A stretch of 45,648 nucleotides of DNA from Candidatus Kaiserbacteria bacterium (lineage in GTDB: Bacteria; Patescibacteriota; Minisyncoccia; Phycocordibacterales; Phycocordibacteraceae), in NCBI GenBank assembly GCA_016182485.1, contig JACPGH010000005.1, positions 130,305 through 175,952 on the forward strand, read 5' to 3'. Made by a program: the position numbers and the translations under genes. The stretch's first letter is position 1; every line of letters starts with the position of its first letter. Shown here piece by piece: positions 17,308-24,810 of the stretch. The notes under the pieces are model-generated. The model saw only the letters and a list, made by a program, of their open reading frames with translations. It made no database searches and was not told the DNA's origin.

Positions 17308-18414
17308 ATGTCCCTCCTTTCGAGCGAGCGTTTCCGCGCGGCGTTCGCGCCGCCGCGCTATCTCGCGCTCCCGTTCTCCGGCACAGATCTTTCGGCAAGC
17401 GGCGTGAAAGCCGTCAGTCTCTCGCAGGGCGCGCACGGCTTAGTCCTCGAGAGCTACGCGGAAGCGCGTTTCCCCGGCGGCGTATTCGTGAACGGAGACA
17501 TCATCGAGCACGACGTCGTAATCGAAGCGCTTGGCGTGGCGGCCAGGGCAGCCGGAATAAGCAGTACGAACGCGGCCCTGCCGGAGCCCAAGTCCTATCT
17601 TTTCGAGGCCGTGGTGTCCGGAGAGAACAAACGGGAATGGCGTACGGCTCTCGAACAGCATCTAGACGAACTAGTTCCGCTTGATCCCAGAGAAGCAGCC
17701 TTCGATATCGTAAAAGTGGGCAACGGGGAGCGAGGGGGACGGTCCGCTGTCCGGGTTGCGGGCGTAGCGTTCGCACAGCGGCTCGTCGACGATACGCTCT
17801 CCGTTTTCGACCAAGCGCGCATCGGCGTGCGAGCATTGGAAGGGGAGACCTTCGCTATGGCGCGCGCGCTGCTCTCTTCGAGCGATGACTCCACTGTCCT
17901 TATCATTGATGTTGGAAAGACGACTACGAAAATGAGCATCGTAGAGGAACGCATTCCGCGCTTCGCAACGACCATAGATATCGGCGGGCACGCGCTCACG
18001 CTGGCCGTTCAGAAGCATTTCGGGGTGACCGAGGAAGAAGCGCGGAGAGTCAAGGCCGAACATGGCATCGTGCCCGAGTCCGGGAATGAAGATTACCTGG
18101 CAGCCATGCTCTCTACCATGTCGGCTATTCGGGATGAGATCTCTAGCCGCCTCGAATACTGGCAGAACAAGGCTTTCCCAAGCGGGACTCACAAGCCCGT
18201 CGCGCACGCTATCCTCGCGGGGGGCAACGCGTCGGTGCGCGGCTTTCCCGAATATCTGGAAGAAGCTTTGCATATTCCTGTCCGTCTCGGCGATGTATTC
18301 ACGAATCTGGCGTCGAGGAACTATTGGATCCCGCAACTGGATTACACCGAGTCACTGGCCTATGCGACCGCCATCGGGCTCGCGCTGCGAGACGTCCACC
18401 CGTATGCCCCGTAG
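17308..18414 (+). CDS. pilM: Type IV pilus assembly protein PilM (actin-like ATPase)
   Basis: Actin/HSP70-fold motifs (LIIDVGKTTTKMSIV, IDIGGHALT, ILAGGNA). Followed by three overlapping small membrane-protein genes. Confidence 0.85.
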   Translation: MSLLSSERFRAAFAPPRYLALPFSGTDLSASGVKAVSLSQGAHGLVLESYAEARFPGGVFVNGDIIEHDVVIEALGVAARAAGISSTNAALPEPKSYLFEAVVSGENKREWRTALEQHLDELVPLDPREAAFDIVKVGNGERGGRSAVRVAGVAFAQRLVDDTLSVFDQARIGVRALEGETFAMARALLSSSDDSTVLIIDVGKTTTKMSIVEERIPRFATTIDIGGHALTLAVQKHFGVTEEEARRVKAEHGIVPESGNEDYLAAMLSTMSAIRDEISSRLEYWQNKAFPSGTHKPVAHAILAGGNASVRGFPEYLEEALHIPVRLGDVFTNLASRNYWIPQLDYTESLAYATAIGLALRDVHPYAP

Positions 18415-18488
18415 GACAACATGGCATACTAACAGCAAAGATATGCGTACGATTCATTTCGATACATTACGAAGTTGTCCTACGGGGT

Positions 18489-19070
18489 ATGTTTGACGAA
18501 CGCACCGATCTTCTTCCGCCCGAACGAGCGCGCTCTCTCCGCAGGGAATACCTGGTCCGTCTCGGGATCGTGAGTCTCCTCTCGATCGCCGTCCTTGCTT
18601 GCGTAGCGGCAGTGCTGCTTGTGCCGACATATCTTTATCTCGCGGCGACTGCCCATTCGAAGGAAGCGCAGCTCGCGCGCATCGAAGCCTCTTCTGCCGA
18701 GGATTCCCGCGTTTCTGAGCGGCTCTCGGCGCTCGCCGGCAGTCTCGATGCGCTCAGAGCGCTCTCTGCCGTCCCGACCGCGAGCGAGGTGCTGCGGACG
18801 GCGCTCGCGCTTCCTCACCCGGGCATCTCCCTCGCCACTTTCGCGTACACTCCCGCGACAGATAAGAAGAGGGGTACTCTTGCCATTACTGGAATTGCGG
18901 CTACCCGGGATGCTCTGCGCGCCTACCAGCTCGTGCTCGAGGGGACGCCGCTCTTTGCGTCCGCCACCCTGCCGGTCTCGGCATATGCAAAAGAGACCGA
19001 CAGCGTTTTCACCATCACCCTCACTCTCGCCTCGTTGGAGAAAGGGTTTCTAACGGAGTTCACGCCATGA
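18489..19070 (+). CDS. PilN-like bitopic membrane protein
   Basis: Start at MFDERTDLLPPE (ATG 18489), a single TM helix, positioned after pilM. Stop overlaps the next start (ATGA). Confidence 0.55.
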   Translation: MFDERTDLLPPERARSLRREYLVRLGIVSLLSIAVLACVAAVLLVPTYLYLAATAHSKEAQLARIEASSAEDSRVSERLSALAGSLDALRALSAVPTASEVLRTALALPHPGISLATFAYTPATDKKRGTLAITGIAATRDALRAYQLVLEGTPLFASATLPVSAYAKETDSVFTITLTLASLEKGFLTEFTP

Positions 19071-19594
19071 AATCCTTTTTGCGCCTCGGTATAGCGCTCC
19101 TCGTGTGTTTCGTCGCGCTAGTCGCGTACAGCATCTGGTACGGCGCAGTCGCCGCGTACAGCAGCGACGTAGCGCGGCTCTCTCTAGAGATCAGCAATAA
19201 GACAGGAACGAAGCGGCATCTTAATTCCGCGCGCGCTGCTCTCGCCGAGATCGAGAACGATGAGGCTCTGGTGCGGAAATATTTCGTTTCCGAAGCGGAT
19301 GCCGTAGCTTTCATAAAGGACCTCGAGGCGCACGGACGGGCGCAGAACGCGACGCTTGAAGTCCTGTCTGTTTCCTCCGACAAGTTGAACGGAGGCGCAA
19401 AGAGCGCGCTCGCGCTCAGTCTCTCGATGTCCGGCACTTTTGATGCGGTGATGCGGACGCTTGGCGCCATAGAACACGCGCCCTATGCCGTGTCTACCTC
19501 CAATCTCGTTTTCAGCAAAGAAGCCGGAGGCTCCTGGCACGCGCAGCTTTCGCTCGTGGCCGGCTCCAGACCCCCAGCCGCTAAACCGCTATGA
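19067..19594 (+). CDS. PilO-like bitopic membrane protein
   Basis: Single N-terminal TM helix plus a coiled-coil segment. Translationally coupled on both sides within the pilM operon. Confidence 0.5.
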   Translation: MKSFLRLGIALLVCFVALVAYSIWYGAVAAYSSDVARLSLEISNKTGTKRHLNSARAALAEIENDEALVRKYFVSEADAVAFIKDLEAHGRAQNATLEVLSVSSDKLNGGAKSALALSLSMSGTFDAVMRTLGAIEHAPYAVSTSNLVFSKEAGGSWHAQLSLVAGSRPPAAKPL

Positions 19595-19896
19595 TCTTCT
19601 TCTCTAACATCAGCACGCTTCTGAAACGACTCCGCTATGACACGATCGATCCGGCGCGTGACTGGATAACTCTGCTTATGTTGGCCTTTATCGCGTTGGC
19701 CGGCATCCTGTCTTGGCATCTGTGGATCTTCCAGACTGTGATAGAGGGAGGAGACTTTTCTGCGACAGAAACCAGCGCGCCGCCGCTCTTCGACCCGGCC
19801 GAGCTCCGGACCATCCGCGCCATTTTTGAGGCCAGGGCTGCCGAAGTAAGGAAGTATGAGACCGGTATCTATTCCTTCGCCGACCCTTCGCAATGA
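19591..19896 (+). CDS. Small membrane protein, last gene of the pilM operon (hypothetical)
   Basis: 101-aa ORF with one TM helix (WITLLMLAFIALAGILSWHLWIF). ATGA overlap with the upstream gene. Confidence 0.45.
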   Translation: MIFFSNISTLLKRLRYDTIDPARDWITLLMLAFIALAGILSWHLWIFQTVIEGGDFSATETSAPPLFDPAELRTIRAIFEARAAEVRKYETGIYSFADPSQ

Positions 19897-20010
19897 TGCG
19901 CTTGTGCGCTAGGGTAATGGAGTGCGTTCGCCCCCGTATCTTCTCGGATTCGATACGGGGGCTCGTTCGGAGGACAAGAATCCGAAGACGGGTTCTTGTC
20001 TCCTCACTTC

Positions 20011-20082
20011 GCCCCCGTAGTTAAATGGATATAACTGCGGACTTCTAAGCCGCTATTCGAGGTTCGATTCCTCGCGGGGGCA
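20011..20082 (+). tRNA. tRNA-Arg (anticodon UCU)
   Basis: Hand-folded: acceptor GCCCCCG/CGGGGGC, anticodon loop CUUCUAA (with an A-G mismatch closing the stem), T-arm CGAGGTTCGATTCCTCG. Confidence 0.8.
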
Positions 20083-20094
20083 TTATAGCTTTTG

Positions 20095-20178
20095 TGCCGA
20101 AGGAGGGATTTGAACCCTCAAGAGGTTGCCCTCACTGCGCCCTGAACGCAGCGCGTCTGCCAATTTCGCCACTTCGGC
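20095..20178 (-). tRNA. tRNA-Leu (anticodon CAG)
   Basis: Hand-folded: acceptor GCCGAAG/CTTCGGC, anticodon loop UUCAGGG, long variable arm, T-arm GAGGGTTCAAATCCCTC. Confidence 0.9.
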
Positions 20179-20851
20179 TCAATTCGATTATGCGCATAGA
20201 TTTTAGAATCTTCAAATGCTTTCGGCGTAGACAAGGGAGTCCGTCGCGATAATAAAGAAGCGGGCATAGTTTCAAGGCTTCTCGCTTGGAATATTTCAAT
20301 TGAAAATACAGCCGATTTCCAGACGGGTTTAGATAACCATGCACCCCGGCTTTTTCCAGAATTTCTTTCTGGAGCCAAACCAAATAAGGCCGACTTGCAG
20401 ATATAAAGGAGATATAAAAACGAAAGCTGTTCTTAAATATGGAATCATAAAAAGAATACGTGCATCCGTCCCCATCAAAATAGCCGCGGAGAAAATCGAA
20501 GAAAAATTCATCGGGAATCGAGAGCCGCGAAATCGTTTTTGATTTCGCTGGCGATAAACCGAGACCTAACAAATAGCGATAGAAAAGCACGTCACCGAAT
20601 TGAGTGTGATAAGCCACGTTGCCCGCCCCAGAATATTTTGGACTTATTTTCGAATGAAGGCCGAGGCATTTCTTAAATAATGCGACCTGTGAGCGATCTT
20701 TCGATGTAAAGTCGATATGTCGGCCATCCTTTGAAAGACAGCCATCCGACACGATTAGACCAACAGCATAGGCGAATGTCGAAGACCATTCAATATGAAT
20801 CTTACCGAGAGGTTTTCCTGACACTGTCTCTACTGTAAAATACTGAGACAT
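20132..20851 (-). CDS. LAGLIDADG family homing endonuclease (double-motif)
   Basis: Two LAGLIDADG motifs (FAYAVGLIVSDGCLS and FLRGYFDGDGC). AT-rich. The last 47 nt, including the stop codon, lie inside tRNA-Leu(CAG). Confidence 0.85.
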   Translation of the reverse strand: MSQYFTVETVSGKPLGKIHIEWSSTFAYAVGLIVSDGCLSKDGRHIDFTSKDRSQVALFKKCLGLHSKISPKYSGAGNVAYHTQFGDVLFYRYLLGLGLSPAKSKTISRLSIPDEFFFDFLRGYFDGDGCTYSFYDSIFKNSFRFYISFISASRPYLVWLQKEILEKAGVHGYLNPSGNRLYFQLKYSKREALKLCPLLYYRDGLPCLRRKHLKILKSMRIIELSRSGEIGRRAAFRAQ

Positions 20852-20918
20852 ATAGCGTATACCATATCCACATAGCTAGGTGGACATGGTTTGAAGAACC
20901 CCGTATCGTACTTATTGC

Positions 20919-20991
20919 GGGCGATTAGCTCAGTTGGTAGAGCATCGCATTTACACTGCGAGGGTCACAGGTTCGAGTCCTGTATCGCCCA
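20919..20991 (+). tRNA. tRNA-Val (anticodon UAC)
   Basis: Hand-folded: acceptor GGGCGAT/ATCGCCC, D-arm AGCTCAGTTGGTAGAGC, anticodon loop UUUACAC, T-arm ACAGGTTCGAGTCCTGT. Confidence 0.9.
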
Positions 20992-21118
20992 CAATACGAA
21001 GTGTTGTGGAGGACGAGAAAGCCGGAGGGCGACGGCCCGAGGCGGGGTCGCGGAAATTTTCAGCAGAAAATTATCCGTGACCGAGTCCTGTATCGCCCAC
21101 AATACGAAGTGTTGTGGA
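20974..21118 (+). mobile_element. Miniature insertion (71-bp core, 21011..21081) flanked by 37-bp direct repeats that duplicate the tRNA-Val 3' end
   Basis: DR cgagtcctgtatcgcccacaatacgaagtgttgtgga at 20974..21010 and 21082..21118 (identical). The core is about 80% identical by eye to the insert after rplK, including aaattttcagcagaaaattat. Confidence 0.7.
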
Positions 21119-21306
21119 ATTGCATTCGTGAATTTTCTGTGATATCTGTTAGCCATGCTTTTTGAGAATGTGCTCGTGTTGCGCGACATTATAATCTGGC
21201 GCGCCGGAGAATTCGCGATGCATTTATTTCGGGACCGGCTCGCGCAGTTGCGGGCGGTGTTCCTCTCTTAGCAACCTCACTCCACGCCTAAACGTTTGAA
21301 TGAGAT

Positions 21307-21993
21307 ATGGATAAGCATTCGGGGGCGCCGGTATGTGTCGGTATCATCATGGACGGCAATCGCCGCTGGGCAAAGTTGCGCGGACTGCCGGTATTCGAGG
21401 GGCACAACGAAGGGTATAAAACGCTCCAAAAAATTGTGCGGCACGCGCGCGATGCGGGCATCCAGCATCTTGTCGCGTACGCTTTTTCAACCGAGAACTG
21501 GCAGCGCACGCAAGACGAGGTCGGTTTTTTGTTGAAGCTTTTCCGTTCCATACTCGAAAACGAAACGCAGAAATTAATCGACGAGAGGATCCGAGTACGC
21601 TTTATAGGCGATCGGGCGCGTTTCGGCGCAGATCTGCAACAGATGATGCGGAAAATGGAGGAGGCAACGGCCGGCGCCTATGACAGCACGCTTTATCTGG
21701 CCATGTCCTACGGCGGGCGCGCGGAGATACTCGCAGCGGCGAACGAGCTGCGCAAGGAGGAGGGGCCAGCTTCCGAAGACGCGTTCGCGCAGAAACTGTG
21801 GTCATATCCGATGCCCGATCCGGACATCATCATCCGCACCGGCGGAGAGAAGCGGCTCTCCGGATTCCTTCCTTGGCAGACGGTCTACAGCGAGCTCTTC
21901 TTTTCCGACACGCTGTGGCCGGACTTTTCCGAACAAGAATTCGACGCGATCCTCTCTGAATTTTCCGCTCGCGAACGCCGCCACGGAAAATAA
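21307..21993 (+). CDS. uppS: Undecaprenyl diphosphate synthase (cis-prenyltransferase)
   Basis: GIIMDGNRRWAK, FSTENW.R, RTGGEKRLSGFLPW motifs. Confidence 0.9.
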   Translation: MDKHSGAPVCVGIIMDGNRRWAKLRGLPVFEGHNEGYKTLQKIVRHARDAGIQHLVAYAFSTENWQRTQDEVGFLLKLFRSILENETQKLIDERIRVRFIGDRARFGADLQQMMRKMEEATAGAYDSTLYLAMSYGGRAEILAAANELRKEEGPASEDAFAQKLWSYPMPDPDIIIRTGGEKRLSGFLPWQTVYSELFFSDTLWPDFSEQEFDAILSEFSARERRHGK

Positions 21994-21995
21994 AG

Positions 21996-22022
21996 GCGGG
22001 CGAAGCGTCGTGCTTCGCCCGC
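21996..22022. terminator. Bidirectional terminator-like hairpin between convergent genes
   Basis: 11-bp stem gcgggcgaagc / gcttcgcccgc with a 5-nt loop. The T-rich tail is on the minus-strand side only. Confidence 0.45.
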
Positions 22023-22040
22023 AGATTCGCGAGCCAGACG

Positions 22041-22982
22041 TTATTCGCTAGGCCCCATGAGCTCCGCCAGCTGTCCGAGCAGCTTCTCCGCCGTGCGGAT
22101 CCGCTCGAGCTGCTGCTTCACCTGTTCGAGCTTCCCCTCAAGCTCCGCCTGCTCGGCGAGGATCGCATCTTTCCGGGCGATCAAGAACCTCGCTCGTTCG
22201 ATCGGATCCGCCGGCTCGAACTTCGGGTCGGTACTCGTGGATAGCATTCGCTCTCCGGCCTTGTACCAGCCGGCATGTTCGCGGCCCTCGGAGACATCCG
22301 GTTTGAGCCAGCCGTCGCTCACCATCTGCCGGGGTGATTCTCCCACGCCGCAGTCTCGGCGAATTTTCCCGAGGACCTTCTTGCCGACACTGCCAGGCCT
22401 CAGGGTGTTTGCCTCGGCGGCGGCGAGAAACGCCCTCGTAAAACAGTCCATCGCGCTCATTACTGCCTCCTTGGGAAACGGGGTTGTGAGGAAGTCCAGC
22501 ACGTCCTCGTCCACGCCACGCGCATCTGGCGCGGGCTCGGCTGTTACCTCGCGCGGCACACCGGCCACCGTCGGACGGCGCGGAGCAGGAGCAAGCAGGT
22601 CGCCGCACGACTCCAAGACTCGTTTTATTTGCCCTGTATCGAGGACAACAGGATGAACATTATGGTGCTTCCGGATCCTTTCCACATCCGCGTGGTGGAC
22701 GAACCGAGTGAGAAAGACGAGTCCGACTTTCTCCGTCAAGTTGGACGGGGAAGAGTCGAGGAACACGACCTTGCTGTCAGACAGTTGCCTCGTGAACTGG
22801 TTGTGATTCGAGTCCCGCCACCCTACAACGGCTATGGCGAACCCGGATCCGAGAACTTCGCGAGCCTTGCGCACCAGCGCTTGATAGTGTTGGTCAAGCA
22901 CCGCAACCTCCTCTCGAGCTATTTTGTAAGACCAGAACCCTGCGTTCCACAAATATGTTATTACAAATTCGCAATATGTCAA
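22041..22982 (-). CDS. Hypothetical protein (possible DUF2325-like N-terminal domain, C-terminal coiled coil)
   Basis: 313-aa ORF. IAVVGWRDSNHN...VGLVFLTRFVHHADVERIRK resembles DUF2325 by eye. C-terminal heptad-rich tail. Start uncertain. Confidence 0.45.
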   Translation of the reverse strand: MTYCEFVITYLWNAGFWSYKIAREEVAVLDQHYQALVRKAREVLGSGFAIAVVGWRDSNHNQFTRQLSDSKVVFLDSSPSNLTEKVGLVFLTRFVHHADVERIRKHHNVHPVVLDTGQIKRVLESCGDLLAPAPRRPTVAGVPREVTAEPAPDARGVDEDVLDFLTTPFPKEAVMSAMDCFTRAFLAAAEANTLRPGSVGKKVLGKIRRDCGVGESPRQMVSDGWLKPDVSEGREHAGWYKAGERMLSTSTDPKFEPADPIERARFLIARKDAILAEQAELEGKLEQVKQQLERIRTAEKLLGQLAELMGPSE

Positions 22983-23002
22983 ATAAATGGTACGGTAGAG
23001 AG

Positions 23003-23776
23003 ATGGAGCTCCCGATCCTGTACGAAGACGCAGATATCGTCGCGGTCAACAAGCCGGCGGGGCTTTTGACGCACTGTGCCCCGCCGAAGCCAGGCGAAGG
23101 GGGGTGCGGCGGGCGCACCGAAGAAGCTTCGGCGGAAGAATGGTTCGAAGAAAAATATCCGGAAGCCGACGGCGGATACGCGCACCGGCTCGATCGCGAT
23201 ACCTCGGGCGTGCTTGTATTCGCCAAAACGAAAGAAGCGTACGAATTCCTGCGCAAGGCTTTCTCCGATCGTGACGTGAAGAAAACCTATCTCGCGTTTG
23301 TCTACGGCGTGCCCAAAGAGAAAGAGGGAAGCATAGATTTCGACATCGGCCGCTCGAGAAAAGATTTTCGCCTCCGGAGCGCTCAACCAAAGGCGAAGGG
23401 CCGCTTGCGAGAAGCGATGACTCGCTACAAAGTTCTCGGCGAAGCCGAAGGATATTCTCTGCTGGAAGTCTTTCCGGAAACCGGCCGCACTCACCAGATC
23501 CGCGTGCACCTGAAAGCGATCCATCATCCGGTGGTCGGCGATGCCCTCTACGCTCCCGGTTTGTCCAAGAGCGGAGCGATTGGATACAAACCGCAGTCCC
23601 GTGGGACGCCGAATCTCGGTATCGATCGCCTCGGCCTCCATGCGTACTCGCTCGACCTACCCCTTCTCAAAGGCGGGCGGGTGCAAGTTACGGCTCCGGT
23701 GCCGACAGATCTGCTCCCGGCTTTTTCGTCTTTCCCGGAAGCAGTCACTCGTTTCAAAAACCCGCTCGCCGGATAG
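23003..23776 (+). CDS. RluA-family pseudouridine synthase
   Basis: HRLDRDTSGVLVFAKT catalytic Asp motif and GRTHQIRVH motif. Start at MELPILYED (ATG 23003), with TGGTACGGT 6 nt upstream. Confidence 0.85.
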   Translation: MELPILYEDADIVAVNKPAGLLTHCAPPKPGEGGCGGRTEEASAEEWFEEKYPEADGGYAHRLDRDTSGVLVFAKTKEAYEFLRKAFSDRDVKKTYLAFVYGVPKEKEGSIDFDIGRSRKDFRLRSAQPKAKGRLREAMTRYKVLGEAEGYSLLEVFPETGRTHQIRVHLKAIHHPVVGDALYAPGLSKSGAIGYKPQSRGTPNLGIDRLGLHAYSLDLPLLKGGRVQVTAPVPTDLLPAFSSFPEAVTRFKNPLAG

Positions 23777-23835
23777 CCACGAGATATGAACACCCGGCGA
23801 CGGGCGCCGATTCCCCACGCTACAATTACCGTACG

Positions 23836-24810
23836 ATGAAGTACTCCCTGCTCGCAATTCTGGCAATCTTCATCGCAGGCACTCTTGGGTTTATGTACCG
23901 CCAACAAATTATGTCTCTTTTAACTAAAAATACCGCACCGGAAATCGCCGAAGTCCGCGACTTCCAATGCGAAGGGATGGAAGGGTTCACGTTCAAATAT
24001 CCAGTGTTTAAGGGGTGGAGCCAGGAAAGACGGATCGAAGTTGAGCCGGGAAAGAAATGTAAATTATTCTTTATGAATCTCGCAGACCAGCGGGGATACA
24101 TAATCGCAGTGACGTATGACCAGATAAATAATCGCAACGACGGTTCGCTTTTCCCGGCGCCGCCTCTTGTCCCGACGAAAGACGCCAGGGAAAATATAAA
24201 CGGTGTTCTGTACGATATAACCCGGCCGGATATGCAAGGGAACGCAATTTATTTTTACTATAACTTCCGCGGGGACGGATTTTATAAGAATATGGATATG
24301 ATGAGCGTTGAATCATCTGGGTTGCCAGAATATAACGACGTCTTCCGGCAACAGGTGATCGAGAGTTTTAGGATTTCTTCCAATCAGACAGTGGAAAATT
24401 TCGCCCCTAAATTCGCAGGTAATTGGAAGTGGAGGGATGAAAAGTATGTCATGTTGGAAAAAGATGATGGCACAAAGGAGTATCAAGAGGCTAGCCTATA
24501 CTTGAATATCGAAATAGATGCAAGCATTAATTTAATCGGGGAATGGACGGCAGCAATGAGAGGGGGAAATAGGGTTGACATTTGTAAGAATGAGGCTGGC
24601 GATAAGCCATGCCTCTCGGGAGTTATAACTGGCGGTGAAGTAACTATGGACTTTGAAGACGGTTACAGGGGAGGGAGGGGCCGGCTAAAATTAGTATACG
24701 ATTCACAGTCAGATACTTTGCATTGGAAGATTCTGGAAAGGCCGCAAGGAGAATTTTATTTACCTGTTGAGGCAATCCTTGAAAGAATTCCGGAGCCCTA
24801 TTATATATGA
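23836..24810 (+). CDS. Island protein P1: signal-anchored mosaic-family protein (family module plus C-terminal extension)
   Basis: MKYSLLAILAIFIAG anchor. Conserved box PEIAEVRDFQCEGMEGFTFKYPVFKGW and closing box FRQQVIESFRI. The C-terminal roughly 140 aa are homologous to the P3 C-terminus (FAGNWKW...YDSQSDTLHWKI). Confidence 0.75.
   Translation: MKYSLLAILAIFIAGTLGFMYRQQIMSLLTKNTAPEIAEVRDFQCEGMEGFTFKYPVFKGWSQERRIEVEPGKKCKLFFMNLADQRGYIIAVTYDQINNRNDGSLFPAPPLVPTKDARENINGVLYDITRPDMQGNAIYFYYNFRGDGFYKNMDMMSVESSGLPEYNDVFRQQVIESFRISSNQTVENFAPKFAGNWKWRDEKYVMLEKDDGTKEYQEASLYLNIEIDASINLIGEWTAAMRGGNRVDICKNEAGDKPCLSGVITGGEVTMDFEDGYRGGRGRLKLVYDSQSDTLHWKILERPQGEFYLPVEAILERIPEPYYI

Noticed and set aside
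20891-21189. ORFs 20891..21142 (+) and 20965..21189 (-) with an internal peptide repeat (SCIAHNTKCCG twice)
   Set aside because: They run through tRNA-Val and the miniature element. The peptide repeat is simply the translated 37-bp direct repeat.
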